From the NCBI GenBank assembly GCA_003132585.1, contig PKYG01000097.1, positions 1,790 to 65,789 on the forward strand: a stretch of 64,000 nucleotides of DNA. The letters are read 5' to 3'. Every line of letters begins with the position of its first letter. The first letter of the stretch is position 1. Positions 26,079 through 35,931 of this stretch are shown here, in pieces. Both the position numbers and the translations under genes were made by a program. This DNA is from Actinomycetota bacterium (GTDB taxonomy: Bacteria; Actinomycetota; Thermoleophilia; UBA2241). The notes beneath the pieces are model-generated. The model did not search any database. It was not told the origin of the DNA and was given only the letters and a program-made list of their open reading frames with translations.

Positions 26079-26982
26079 CCATGACGAGAGCGCCTTGGGA
26101 CGGGCATCACTAGTGGGAGCTCATGCCGATACGGAAAGGCCAAGCGTCCCTTGGACCTATGTCGTCGGGCCCAAGAGAGGATGGTTTGACCTCCGCCTGC
26201 GAGCAGTGTGGGCTGCACGTGGACTCGTTCGGCTGTTCGTCTGGCGGGACTTCGTGGCCCTCTACAAGCAGACAGTGCTCGGGCCACTGTGGTACGTCGT
26301 GCAGCCATTGCTGACTACAGTGGTGTTCACAGTCGTATTTGGTCGAATCGCGAGTCTCCCCACCGATGAGTTGCCACAGTTCCTCTTCTATATGTCCGGC
26401 ATCGTGATATGGACCTACTTCGCGGGGTGCCTAACGAAAGTGTCCCTCACGTTCATCAGCAACACGCAGTTGTTCGGGAAGGTCTATTTCCCGCGCCAAA
26501 CGGTCCCGCTTTCGCTGGTGGTTTCGAACCTCATCACCTTTGCGGTCCAGTTGGCTCTCCTGATGGGCTTCATCGTTTACTTCGTGATCGTGGGAGGCGC
26601 GGTGCACCCCAATGCGTACGCTCTCTTACTCCCCGTATTGGTTCTGATGACGGCTGCACTTGGATTGGGCGCTGGACTGGTCGTGACGTCGGTCACGATC
26701 CGATATCGCGACCTTCAATACCTGCTTACCTTCGGCGTCCAGCTTGCGATGTTCCTGGCACCGGTTGTGATGCCGCTTTCGAGCGTTCATGGAAAGCTCC
26801 GATGGCTGATGATCGCCAACCCGATGACATCCATCGTGGAGAGTTTCCGCTTCGGACTTCTGGGCGCGGGGGAAGTCAACCCTTGGCAGTTGGCCTTTAG
26901 TGCCGGCGTTGCGGTGGCGTTATGCGTCGTAGGGTTGGGTCTGTTCAACCGAGTAGAGCGGACCTTTATGGACAGCGTATGA
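26068..26982 (+). CDS. wzm: ABC-2 type polysaccharide export permease.
   Basis: Six predicted TM helices (FLFYMSGIVIWTYFAGCL, LVVSNLITFAVQLALLMGFIVYFVIV, etc.), ABC-2 family layout. Start uncertain (TTG 26068 or GTG 26113). Confidence 0.75.
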   Translation: MPASHDESALGRASLVGAHADTERPSVPWTYVVGPKRGWFDLRLRAVWAARGLVRLFVWRDFVALYKQTVLGPLWYVVQPLLTTVVFTVVFGRIASLPTDELPQFLFYMSGIVIWTYFAGCLTKVSLTFISNTQLFGKVYFPRQTVPLSLVVSNLITFAVQLALLMGFIVYFVIVGGAVHPNAYALLLPVLVLMTAALGLGAGLVVTSVTIRYRDLQYLLTFGVQLAMFLAPVVMPLSSVHGKLRWLMIANPMTSIVESFRFGLLGAGEVNPWQLAFSAGVAVALCVVGLGLFNRVERTFMDSV

Positions 26983-28268
26983 CTCAGCATGCCGTTTCTG
27001 TTGAAGCCCTTTCGAAGTGCTATCAACTTGGCACTATCGGCACAGGCACGCTGCACGGCGATCTCAGCAGGGCGTGGGCGCGAGTTCGAAATAGGCCTGA
27101 TCCTTTCTCTGTGATTGGCAGTCAGGTACCCACTAAGACAGCCACGGGTCCGGCGTGGGCTTTGCGAGATGTGTCTTTCGAAGTCGCTGAAGGACAAGTC
27201 ATGGGAATCGTGGGTAGAAACGGTGCGGGCAAGACCACGCTTCTGAAGATCTTGGCTCGAATCACGGCGCCAACCTCGGGGGTGGCGAGAGTCCGTGGTC
27301 GGCTTGCCAGCCTCCTTGAGGTTGGAACCGGCTTCCACCCTGAGCTCACGGGTCGCGACAACGTGCTGTTGAGCGGCACACTTCTCGGGATGAGTAGGAG
27401 AGAGATAGCCGCGCGTTTGGACGAGATTGTGGAGTTCTCCGAGGTAGGCAAGTACTTGGACACGCCGGTCAAAAGGTATTCAAGCGGGATGTACGTGCGC
27501 CTCGCATTCTCGGTGGCTGCGCATCTGTCTGCTGAAGTGCTGCTACTTGATGAGGTCCTGGCAGTCGGGGATGTGGAATTCCAACGAAAGTGCCGAGCTC
27601 ACATACGGTCGCTCGCCGAAGATGAAGGTAGGACCATTCTCTTTGTCAGTCACAATCTGGCCGCCGTCTCTGAGCTTTGCCCACGAACGCTGCTGTTGGA
27701 TCAAGGTGCACTCGCGGCGAATGATTCAACGAGTGAGGTCTTGAGGTCATACGTTCAAGGACTGGGCTCAAGGGATCCCGGCGTGGATGTCTCGGATCCC
27801 GGACTGCGATCTCAGGCCTCTTTGGTGGATAGCTTGTTCAAATGGGTAGGTGTTGAAGTGCGCGGCATCGACGGCGAAATCCTGCCGGAAGTACCCTTCG
27901 GGCAGCCGTTTGAGGTGTCTCTGGTTGGCGAAGCCAGTGCCGATTGCCAGGACTTGCTGATCGGACTTGCGGTGGTGTCGAACATCAGAGGCGTCATTCT
28001 CACTACTCACCAGGCCTACAGCGGGCTGCCGACCTCATACGCCAAAGGACGGCACGAATTCCGCGTGCTGTTCGACCCGAATCTTCTCGCGCCAGGCGCC
28101 TATGACCTCACTGTCGACGTTTTGGGGCCAATGGTGAGGGATCAGATACCAGCGGCTCTTGAGCTGAGCATCATCGATGTCGGGGCCGGAACGCGCGGTA
28201 TCTGGGCAGTCCCAGGTAGAGACGGAATACTTGATGCCCCATGCTCCTGGGACCACTCGCGATGCTGA
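26979..28268 (+). CDS. wzt: ABC transporter ATP-binding protein Wzt with ~180-aa C-terminal carbohydrate-binding (Wzt_C-like) extension.
   Basis: Walker A GRNGAGKTTLLK, signature YSSGMYVRLAFS, Walker B LLLDEVLAVGD. Extra C-terminal beta-rich domain. ATG 26979 in ATGA overlap with wzm. Confidence 0.85.
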   Translation: MTQHAVSVEALSKCYQLGTIGTGTLHGDLSRAWARVRNRPDPFSVIGSQVPTKTATGPAWALRDVSFEVAEGQVMGIVGRNGAGKTTLLKILARITAPTSGVARVRGRLASLLEVGTGFHPELTGRDNVLLSGTLLGMSRREIAARLDEIVEFSEVGKYLDTPVKRYSSGMYVRLAFSVAAHLSAEVLLLDEVLAVGDVEFQRKCRAHIRSLAEDEGRTILFVSHNLAAVSELCPRTLLLDQGALAANDSTSEVLRSYVQGLGSRDPGVDVSDPGLRSQASLVDSLFKWVGVEVRGIDGEILPEVPFGQPFEVSLVGEASADCQDLLIGLAVVSNIRGVILTTHQAYSGLPTSYAKGRHEFRVLFDPNLLAPGAYDLTVDVLGPMVRDQIPAALELSIIDVGAGTRGIWAVPGRDGILDAPCSWDHSRC

Positions 28269-29553
28269 GTTGGCGCGTCGCGCCAAGCCTCGCTTTGAAG
28301 GTGACACAACAGTGACCGGCGACCTGTCCGCTAGAGTAGGGATTGTCTACCGTTCTCAGGACTTTGCCTTGGCCAATGGAGCCCTTTCCCTCAAGGCCTA
28401 TCATGCGGGGGAGCTGCGCAACTTGACGGGCGCGACTGGTCTCGACTACCTCAGTGTGTATGAGAGTCTCGGCCCCGTTGGGTTCGAGAAGTACGTCAAG
28501 AAGTGGGTCACTGACAACGAAATCCGCATCCTGTTCTTTGTCACCACCTTGTGGCTCGAGTTCGACACGGAGCTTCTGCTGTGGCTCTCGCAACGAGTCT
28601 TCATTGTTCATTGGATGTTCGACGATGTTACGGAGTTCGACGTGTTCTCTCGCTACTACGGTCAGTTCGCGGACCTAGTGTTGGTCGAGGACTACGTTAC
28701 TGCCCTGCGCTACGAGCAGATGGGGGTCAGTGCGCACTTTCGCACGCCGATCTACAGTGCCGAGATGTACAGCCCGATGGACCTGCCTCGCAGCGTGGAC
28801 GTGTCAATGGTTGGCATCCTGGCGGCGCAAGGGCGGGGTGAGTGCGTGCGTCGTCTCCGCCAAGAGGGTTTTGCCGTCGCGACCTACGGTGTCGATAGCC
28901 CGGCGGGACCCGTGTCACTTGAGCGGATGAGGGAGATCTTCTGCACGAGCAAAGTGAACCTTAACACGGCTGGAGTGACTCCTAGCAGGCGTGCTGCACG
29001 AGACCCTTCCGTGGCTCTTCGCAGACAGATCAAAGGCCGAATCACTGAAGTCGCGTTGACGCGATCCTTCGTCCTGACTGAGTATAGCCCAGGCCTTGAG
29101 CAAGCGTGGGGCATCGACACCGAAATCGGTGTTTTTCATACGCATGCGGAGCTGATCGCCAAGACTCGTTACTACTTGAGTCACGACGACGAGCGAGAGG
29201 CCATATCGTCTGCCGCATATGCGCGGGCCATTCGTGATTACGCTGGTCCCGCAGCCTTCGCTCGAGTCTTCGAGGAGGTGCTGGCACGGTTCTACGAGAC
29301 GGACTGGGCTGCAAAGCAGACTCGGACCAAACCCCCTCGCCTGGGCGAGGATGTGGGCCGAATCGTCGTAGCCAACCGCTTGGGGCGCTCCTGGCAGTTC
29401 GCGCGTGCCCATTCCTGGCGGGCGGCTGGTCAAGAAATGTCAATCGCTTGCACCGAGGCTTCTTCGGCTGCGCGCGCTCGTAGAGGCCGCGTTTGTCGCC
29501 CCGCTAGGTACCTGAAGATCGGTGCTAGGGCCGTGCTCGGACGGCTCCGGTAG
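28234..29553 (+). CDS. CgeB-like / DUF3880 glycosyltransferase-family protein (paralog 1 of 3).
   Basis: C-terminal region ...TRSFVLTEYSPGLEQAWGIDTEIGVFHTHAELIAKTRYYL resembles CgeB/GT1-like C-terminus shared with 29660 and 46933 genes. Start ATG 28234 uncertain. Confidence 0.45.
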   Translation: MPHAPGTTRDAELARRAKPRFEGDTTVTGDLSARVGIVYRSQDFALANGALSLKAYHAGELRNLTGATGLDYLSVYESLGPVGFEKYVKKWVTDNEIRILFFVTTLWLEFDTELLLWLSQRVFIVHWMFDDVTEFDVFSRYYGQFADLVLVEDYVTALRYEQMGVSAHFRTPIYSAEMYSPMDLPRSVDVSMVGILAAQGRGECVRRLRQEGFAVATYGVDSPAGPVSLERMREIFCTSKVNLNTAGVTPSRRAARDPSVALRRQIKGRITEVALTRSFVLTEYSPGLEQAWGIDTEIGVFHTHAELIAKTRYYLSHDDEREAISSAAYARAIRDYAGPAAFARVFEEVLARFYETDWAAKQTRTKPPRLGEDVGRIVVANRLGRSWQFARAHSWRAAGQEMSIACTEASSAARARRGRVCRPARYLKIGARAVLGRLR

Positions 29554-29659
29554 TGAGAGGAGAGTCGTTTGCGGTGAGGTCGGGGTCTTTGCCGCGAAAG
29601 CACGCATCTCCGTCTTGCAGCGCTTCGGCCATGCGGCGCAATCCGGTGAGGGTCGAAGG

Positions 29660-31021
29660 ATGATACCGCGGTCCGTACTCTTTCTGACCGTGAAGCCCTT
29701 TGGCGCAGGTCGGTTCCGAAAACCCGATCTGCTAATGCCCGCGCAGCTGGACTATGAGGTCACGTACGTGCAGCCACTTCGCCGCGTCTTCGCGGACGTG
29801 TCAACGTACGACTTCTGGACTGACTACGTTGTTCGTGGGCCCGCCAAGGCGAACCGGGGTTTAGTGGAGTGCGTCAAGTCAACTCTGCCTTCCTACGTGG
29901 TGTGGCCGGCACGCATGTATGAGGTTTTCGAATCAACCTTGCTAGGCCTCGCGGACGCCGGCGCAATCGTTGTCGGCTGGTTCTTCGATGATGACCTGCG
30001 ATTCCACGACTACACTGCTGGCTGGCTCCCCTACCTTGACTATTGCATGACGCATCAGAAAGGGGCTCTTCAGGCCTATCGTGCGGCGGGTGCGAGAGCC
30101 TTCCACCTTATCCCTGGCGCAAATGCTGACGTCTATATGCCGCTCAAGTTGGATTTGCGCTATGACGTCACATTCGCTGGGAGGCACATGCCCCATCGCG
30201 TAACCTGGCTTGCTGAGTTCGCTCGGGGTGGGATTTCGGCCCAGGCTTTTGGCCGCGGGTTCCCGAGCGGCTTTCTGTCGACGCCGGATCTCGTGAGACT
30301 TTTCAACGAATCGCGAATCAATCTCTGCTTGAGTCGCTCGTACCGGGACGGCGGCGGCGTTCAATTGAAAGCGCGAGTGTTCGAGATTTGCATGAGCGGC
30401 GGCTTCTGCTTGTGCGAATGGACACCTGATCTGGAGGAATACTTCGACGTTGGCCGGGAGATAGAGGCCTTCAGAACCGTGAGTGAGGCGGTAGAAAAGG
30501 CTCGCTTCTACCTGGACGACGAGGCTTGTAGGACGGCCATCGCGCATGCTGGTTTGGAGCGAGCTCAGCGATGCTATCGAGAAGATCTACTTCTGGGTCG
30601 TGTATTCAACGCCATAGAAGAGGATAGGCGCTCTCCCCATTGTCACCGGAGGCGTAGTGTCGTGCCAGGCGCCAGTATCCATTCGGCACCAAACGCTGCT
30701 TCGTGGCACGCGGGCGTCTCAAGGGGGCTCCTGATGAATGCTGCACCACGCGACCGTTGGTTGGAGGAGGCGCGGCTAGCTCTGGAGTATGCTCCCCGGA
30801 ATGCGGAAGCGTTGCGTCTTCTGCGATTGCGCGCTTTGCCACACCGCATCGCAACTCCGGCCTTGCAACTCTCGGAGCTCTTGGACCAGCTGCGTGGGGC
30901 CTTGGCAAGGGGCAAGCACCTCGTGCGCGAGTGCGGTGCCTTCGCTAGACACCGGCGAAGCAGTCGAGATAGGCGCGATCCCTCTGGCCCGCCAAACGAG
31001 AGCAAGGGGGCCGCCCGGTGA
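29660..31021 (+). CDS. CgeB-like / DUF3880 glycosyltransferase-family protein (paralog 2) with helical/TPR-like C-terminal tail.
   Basis: KARVFEICMSGGFCLCEWTPDLEEYFDVGREIEAFRTVSEAVEKARFYL (RxFE...G motif). ATG 29660 preceded by GAGGG. Confidence 0.5.
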   Translation: MIPRSVLFLTVKPFGAGRFRKPDLLMPAQLDYEVTYVQPLRRVFADVSTYDFWTDYVVRGPAKANRGLVECVKSTLPSYVVWPARMYEVFESTLLGLADAGAIVVGWFFDDDLRFHDYTAGWLPYLDYCMTHQKGALQAYRAAGARAFHLIPGANADVYMPLKLDLRYDVTFAGRHMPHRVTWLAEFARGGISAQAFGRGFPSGFLSTPDLVRLFNESRINLCLSRSYRDGGGVQLKARVFEICMSGGFCLCEWTPDLEEYFDVGREIEAFRTVSEAVEKARFYLDDEACRTAIAHAGLERAQRCYREDLLLGRVFNAIEEDRRSPHCHRRRSVVPGASIHSAPNAASWHAGVSRGLLMNAAPRDRWLEEARLALEYAPRNAEALRLLRLRALPHRIATPALQLSELLDQLRGALARGKHLVRECGAFARHRRSSRDRRDPSGPPNESKGAAR

Positions 31022-31512
31022 TCACAGTGGCCATACCCACTCTGGACCGCAAGCCGTATGCCCTCCGCGCGTTGAAGCCTTTGGCCCGGCAGACCGCCGA
31101 TGACTGCGCATCGTCCTGCCCATGTGCGGAGAAGGGACAACGATGACTTCCGAGCGAGTGTGCGGCCGTTGGGTGCCGGAGTCTCGGCTTGCGCGCTTCT
31201 GCTTGCGCGCTTCTGCCTTGGGCGTTGCGTGCGCATACAGGATGCATCTCCTGTTGTCGGGTCTACTCACCGCGGACCGACGCCGCGAACGGGCCAGCGC
31301 AACGTGGTTGCTGGGTTGGTGGGCAGTGCGCGCATCCTGTTCGTCGGCAGCCTCCTCGGTCTGCCAGATTCCCGGCGCTTCTGGATGATCGCGCGCTCGA
31401 TGAACGGCGCAGCCCGGCAGGTCTGCAGCCAGTATCGCCCCAGCATCCACGGCGCCATTGTTCGCGCCGCACCGGTCTCCGGTGATGGCTATCGGAGCGC
31501 GGCGGTGGCGGA

Positions 31513-33036
31513 ATGACTGGGCGCGTGCTCGTCCATTCTCGAGTTGCAACCGGGCTCTCGACACTCGTGGGTGGCTCGCTCCTTGCCGTCGTTTTGGGCT
31601 GGGCTGCGGTTGGTCACCACCAGAAGACCATCATCTTCCTGCTTGCTCCGCTGGCGCTGGCTCTGATTCTCCGAGCCGGCAGCAAGAACCGTTTTGCCAT
31701 CCTGTTGTTTGTGTCGGCGGCGATTCCCATTCTAAGCCGCAACATGCTTCCCTTGGGCGTGTTCTTCGGCTTGGCTCTGGTTGCTGCACTCGTCGTCGCG
31801 CATTGGACCAGTCGCGTCTCTTCCCGCGTCACCCACGGCATGGCCGTTGGCCTTCCACTCGTGCTCTTCTTGGGCTTGGGCATGGCGGCGATGCTCGTGA
31901 ACGGCGACGGCATGCGTGCCGGTGCGGTGTGCTTCACACCCGCGGTTTGGTACTTGGCTGCGGCAGCGTTCGTAAGGGGGCCACGTGAGGCTCTACGGGT
32001 CCAAGCGGCGTGCGCCATCGGGGGGTTGGTCTACTTGCTCATTGTGTTGGTTTCGGGGGCGCTGGGGTGGGGCGGCGCTTCTCTCTCGGCAGTGGCCGGT
32101 GATCCTGGGCAGACTGGGATGTCCAGATTGGGGGCGCAGGCCTGGACGCTGCACAGCAACTTGCTGGCCATCCAGTTCTATCCCACATGGCTCGCTACAC
32201 TTCTTGCTTTGGCGATGCCGGCAGCGTTTCTGCTGTTCTTTCGCGCGACCGGCCGTTGGGGCGCGAGGTTTTGGTGGGCCCTCGCCGGGCTGTCCTTGGC
32301 GTATGGTCTTCTTCTCACAGGCGCCCGAGCGGGAGCAACTGGCGCACTTGTCGGCACCAGCGTCACTCTGGTCGCTTCGGGGCGGTTCAGAATCCGTCGA
32401 GTACTGGTATGGTCGGCTACAGCAGCAGTTTCGGTCCTTGCCTTTGGCTTTCTCCTCATGCGCCTCCTGAGCAGCGTTGTGCCGTCCGCGAACGTGGCTC
32501 GCATTGTCGCGGTATTGTCCACCGCACACGACCCAACCGGGAATCTGGCAGGCAGGCTCAGGATCTTGCGCGAGACGCTGGCTCTCGCGAGCGGCGCCCC
32601 TTTGGGTCACGGCTTCGCCTACTGGAGTCTTCGTGGCAGAGACGATGCAATCGTCTTCGCGATGCTTCTCAATGGAGTGGGGCCTCTTGCGGTTCTCTGC
32701 ATGACCGCCCTGCTACTGGTTCTTCTGACGGCATTCGTCAGGCGGGCACGAGGTTCGGTTTCGGATGGGCGCGACGCAGTCGCGATAGGCTTGGGAGTGC
32801 TGGTTGCGGGGTTCTTAGCTGGAGTAGGCAGCCACAGCGTCCTCATTGAGCCGGTTCAGAGCTTCATCTTCTGGGGGTTCGCGATGACGGCGTACTGGGC
32901 GGCGCATCCGCTTGAGCCCATAGGATCGGCTCGATCCCTCCAGCTGAGCACCGGGGAGCTACGTCCCCAAGGAGTCGGCGGAGTGCGCACTGCCCCAGCC
33001 GGCAGCTCGGTCTCTGGCACAAGGCACAGGTCGTGA
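31513..33036 (+). CDS. O-antigen-ligase/polymerase-family (Wzy_C domain) polytopic membrane protein, copy 1.
   Basis: ~12 TM helices. LLLTGARAGATGALVG (Wzy_C signature-like) and periplasmic loop with HGFAYWSLRGRDDAIVFAMLLNGVGPLA. ATG 31513. Confidence 0.6.
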   Translation: MTGRVLVHSRVATGLSTLVGGSLLAVVLGWAAVGHHQKTIIFLLAPLALALILRAGSKNRFAILLFVSAAIPILSRNMLPLGVFFGLALVAALVVAHWTSRVSSRVTHGMAVGLPLVLFLGLGMAAMLVNGDGMRAGAVCFTPAVWYLAAAAFVRGPREALRVQAACAIGGLVYLLIVLVSGALGWGGASLSAVAGDPGQTGMSRLGAQAWTLHSNLLAIQFYPTWLATLLALAMPAAFLLFFRATGRWGARFWWALAGLSLAYGLLLTGARAGATGALVGTSVTLVASGRFRIRRVLVWSATAAVSVLAFGFLLMRLLSSVVPSANVARIVAVLSTAHDPTGNLAGRLRILRETLALASGAPLGHGFAYWSLRGRDDAIVFAMLLNGVGPLAVLCMTALLLVLLTAFVRRARGSVSDGRDAVAIGLGVLVAGFLAGVGSHSVLIEPVQSFIFWGFAMTAYWAAHPLEPIGSARSLQLSTGELRPQGVGGVRTAPAGSSVSGTRHRS

Positions 33037-34184
33037 TGTCACAGTTCGAGAGCCAGGCCTTGGAAGTATCCGTTGTTATTCCCACACGTAATCGAGCGCC
33101 GAGGGTTGCCGCTCTACTTGACTCGATCGCCAGGGTCCGCGAGACGCAACTCGCATGGGAAGTCATCGTCGTGGACAACGGATCGACCGACAGGACGGCT
33201 ACGGTTGTGCGTCAGGCTGCGAGTATGGCTCACATGCCGATCAGGTACGTGAGCGAGCCTGAGCCCGGACTCCACGCTGGCCGGCACCGCGGTGCTCGGG
33301 AGGCGCGCGGTGAGGTTGTCGCCTATCTGGACGACGACACGCAAGTGCACGAAGACTGGCTGCGAGGCGCAGAGCCTGTGCTCCGGGGGCTGGCCGACGC
33401 GGTGGCTTGCAGGATCCTTCCACAGTGGGAAGCGCCGGTCACCTCATGGCTCGAGGACCTGGTGAGCACGGGAGTGTACGGACCCCTCACCCTCTTGGAC
33501 CTTGGCGAGGAGCAACGTGAAGTAGAACCGGAGTTCGTCTGGGGTGCGGGCTTCTTCATCCGGAGGTCTCTTGTGTTCGACCTGAATGGTTTCCATCCCG
33601 ACAGCATGCCCGCTGAGCTCCTGCGGTTCCGGGGGGACGGCGAGAGCGGGCTCATGCGCAAGTTCGCGGCTGCGGGGCATCGTGCGTGGTACGACCCCTC
33701 GTCGGTGGTTGAGCATGCCATGTCCACTAAACGGATGACCCACCTGTACTTGCGCGAACGGTTCTATCGCCAAGGTATCAGTGACTCGTTCGCTGAGCTG
33801 CGCGCGGAGCTCCTATCGCGCGTTGACCTCGGACCAGCGGCTGGGCTTGCTGAGAGCCCGCGGCCGGCAGCCAGGACTCAGCCACGCGTTGCGCCTGAAG
33901 GCTTGCTCCATGTGACGCCGCGGCGGATGGCCGGCGGAATCCGGCGTGGTCGGGCCTGGGCTTCGCGCAACTTGACGGCGTCGCGCAGATCGAGGTTGCG
34001 GTTTGACGAAGACATGCGGCGTGCGGCCCTGCGAGGTCGTGATTTCCATCGGCGAGCAGCGGAAAGCGATACGGGTGTCATGGCGTGGGTGAGACTGCCG
34101 CACTACATCGACGTGTCGCTGTCTGATTTCTCCTCCTTCGCAGGGCCACTTGATTCCCATGACGTGACGCGACCCGAAGGATGA
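33033..34184 (+). CDS. GT2 (GT-A fold) glycosyltransferase, copy 1 of a paralogous pair.
   Basis: VSVVIPTRNRAPRVAALLDSI...VIVVDNGSTDRT...YLDDDT (DxD). Paralog of 38764..39804. Confidence 0.75.
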   Translation: MMSQFESQALEVSVVIPTRNRAPRVAALLDSIARVRETQLAWEVIVVDNGSTDRTATVVRQAASMAHMPIRYVSEPEPGLHAGRHRGAREARGEVVAYLDDDTQVHEDWLRGAEPVLRGLADAVACRILPQWEAPVTSWLEDLVSTGVYGPLTLLDLGEEQREVEPEFVWGAGFFIRRSLVFDLNGFHPDSMPAELLRFRGDGESGLMRKFAAAGHRAWYDPSSVVEHAMSTKRMTHLYLRERFYRQGISDSFAELRAELLSRVDLGPAAGLAESPRPAARTQPRVAPEGLLHVTPRRMAGGIRRGRAWASRNLTASRRSRLRFDEDMRRAALRGRDFHRRAAESDTGVMAWVRLPHYIDVSLSDFSSFAGPLDSHDVTRPEG

Positions 34185-34220
34185 ATGCGTGAGCGGCATT
34201 CGGGCTGAGGAAAAGACTCG

Positions 34221-34514
34221 ATGAAGAAGGCAGATGAGGCTGGTCACCGGAGACTGGCCCTGTTCTACCCGTACCGGTACTGGGCGACGTTCGCCGCGCT
34301 CGACGACCTGGGTGCACTCCTGGGGCAGGCGGGGTGGCAGATCGATCTCTTGGCGCCGGCAACGCCCGATCCCGCAAGTCACGTCGAAGGTTCGTTTCGT
34401 GGGATCAAGTCAGGAGCGAGCTTGGCTGCAGCAAGGCCCAGGACAGTGCCCGCTGCTACAGCCCAACGAATCCGCGGAGACATGAGGCGGCCGCAGGATG
34501 CCAAGGTGCCGTAG
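34221..34514 (+). pseudogene. N-terminal fragment of a GT1-like glycosyltransferase paralogous to 39970..41190 (truncated after ~97 codons).
   Basis: LALFYPYRYWATFAALDDLGALLGQAGWQIDLLAP vs VGVIYPYAWPLPNLVDVGALLRDRGYVVDLLAA. Premature stop, no remaining C-terminal domain. Confidence 0.4.
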
Positions 34515-34559
34515 GGGCCTCAGCCAACCAACATTCGACGAGCGAGACCGACAAAGGAA

Positions 34560-35071
34560 TCACCGTTTCCTCCGAATTCGAACGTGAAGCCAGTCGGTGT
34601 CATGATGGTTCTGCCGTTCAAGCAAGAGCAGGTCGGCCTCTGGCAGGCTCCCGAGTACGTTTTCGTATCGAATGGAGCGATTCCATGCAAGAAACTCGTT
34701 GCCCCTAGCGCTGAAGTTCCATTGATGAAGCTCTCGATAGCCTTCCTTTTCCCCCTCGTTTTCGACTTGCCAGATCGCCAACCAGCAAGAAGGTCTGACA
34801 ACGTGCAGGCAGGCGCGAAAGGCCTGCAGAGGGTCGTGTCCGTGATCGAGTGAGTTGTGGGCGACGACGAGGTCAAATGACGACTCAGGGAAGGCCGAGT
34901 CGATGCTCTCTGCATCGCCCGGCATGACGGGCACCAGCTGCTGCAATGGAAGGCGAGCAAGGATACGTTCGTAGTCGCTGGCCAGCGGGTCGACCGCTGT
35001 GATTTCAATAAGCCGTTCCGGCCATTCCTTCCCGATGACGGTGAAAGGTCCTGAGCCAACATCTAGTATTT
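34560..35071 (-). pseudogene. 3' portion of a small class I SAM-methyltransferase gene interrupted by the IS21-family element. 5' portion (start ATG at 37312) lies on the other side of the IS.
   Basis: Frame opens immediately with motif I LDVGSGPFTVIG right at the IS boundary. Downstream FDLVVAHNSLDHGHDP...VVRPSCWL (motifs II/III). No start codon upstream of motif I. Confidence 0.55.
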
Positions 35072-35160
35072 TGTGTCACTGCCGGTGTGAAACTGACCCA
35101 CTATTGTGTCAACGCCGCCCCAATCCTGAACAGTTTTCGCCGCTCCAATTCTGAACACTC

Positions 35161-35931
35161 TCAGCCGTCGACCTCACCCTGTAGCACCTCCTTGCCCTTG
35201 CCTTTGAGCCGGTAGCTGTCGCCGCGCAGGACGAGCACCTCGGCGTGGTGCACGAGACGGTCGACCAATGCCGCCACGGCCACCGGATCGCCGAAGATCT
35301 CCGCCCAGCCCGAGAACGTTTTGTTCGAGCTCACGATGATCGAAGAGCGCTCGTAGCGGCTCGAGACCAGCGCGAAGAACAGCGCCGCCGCCTCGGGGTC
35401 GAAGGGGATGTAGCCGACCTCGTCGACGACGATCAGCGGCAGACGGCCGATGCGCTCGAGCTCCTCGTCGAGACGGCCCTGTCGTTTGGCGGCGGCAAGG
35501 CGCGCCACCCATTGCTGCGCCGAGGCAAAGGCCACCCGGTGGCCGCGGCGCGCGGCCTGCACCCCGAGGGCGATCGAGAGGTGCGTCTTGCCGGTGCCCG
35601 GCGGCCCTAAGAAGATCACGTTCTTGTGCTCGATCAGGAAGTCGAGCTGGGTGAGGTGCAGGACGGCCTCGCGCTTCAGCGAGCGCTGGAAGGCAAAGTC
35701 GAAGTCGTCGAGCGTCTTCACCTGGGGGAAGCGTGCCGCCTTGACGCGCGCCGCACCGCCGTGGCTCTCACGCGCGGCGACCTCCTCACCGAGCACCGCC
35801 GCCAGGTAGGCCTCGTAGCTCCAGCCCTCCTCGCGGGCGCGCTCGGCCAGCGTCTCGGCCAACTCGCGCACCCGCGGCGCCTTCAGGGCCCGGGCGCAGA
35901 AGGCGACCTCGCTGGCCGCCTTGGCGCTCAC
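35161..35931 (-). CDS. istB: IS21-family transposition helper ATPase IstB.
   Basis: Walker A GPPGTGKTHL, Walker B LIVVDEVGY. GTG start in GTGA overlap with istA stop. Confidence 0.85.
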   Translation of the reverse strand: MSAKAASEVAFCARALKAPRVRELAETLAERAREEGWSYEAYLAAVLGEEVAARESHGGAARVKAARFPQVKTLDDFDFAFQRSLKREAVLHLTQLDFLIEHKNVIFLGPPGTGKTHLSIALGVQAARRGHRVAFASAQQWVARLAAAKRQGRLDEELERIGRLPLIVVDEVGYIPFDPEAAALFFALVSSRYERSSIIVSSNKTFSGWAEIFGDPVAVAALVDRLVHHAEVLVLRGDSYRLKGKGKEVLQGEVDG

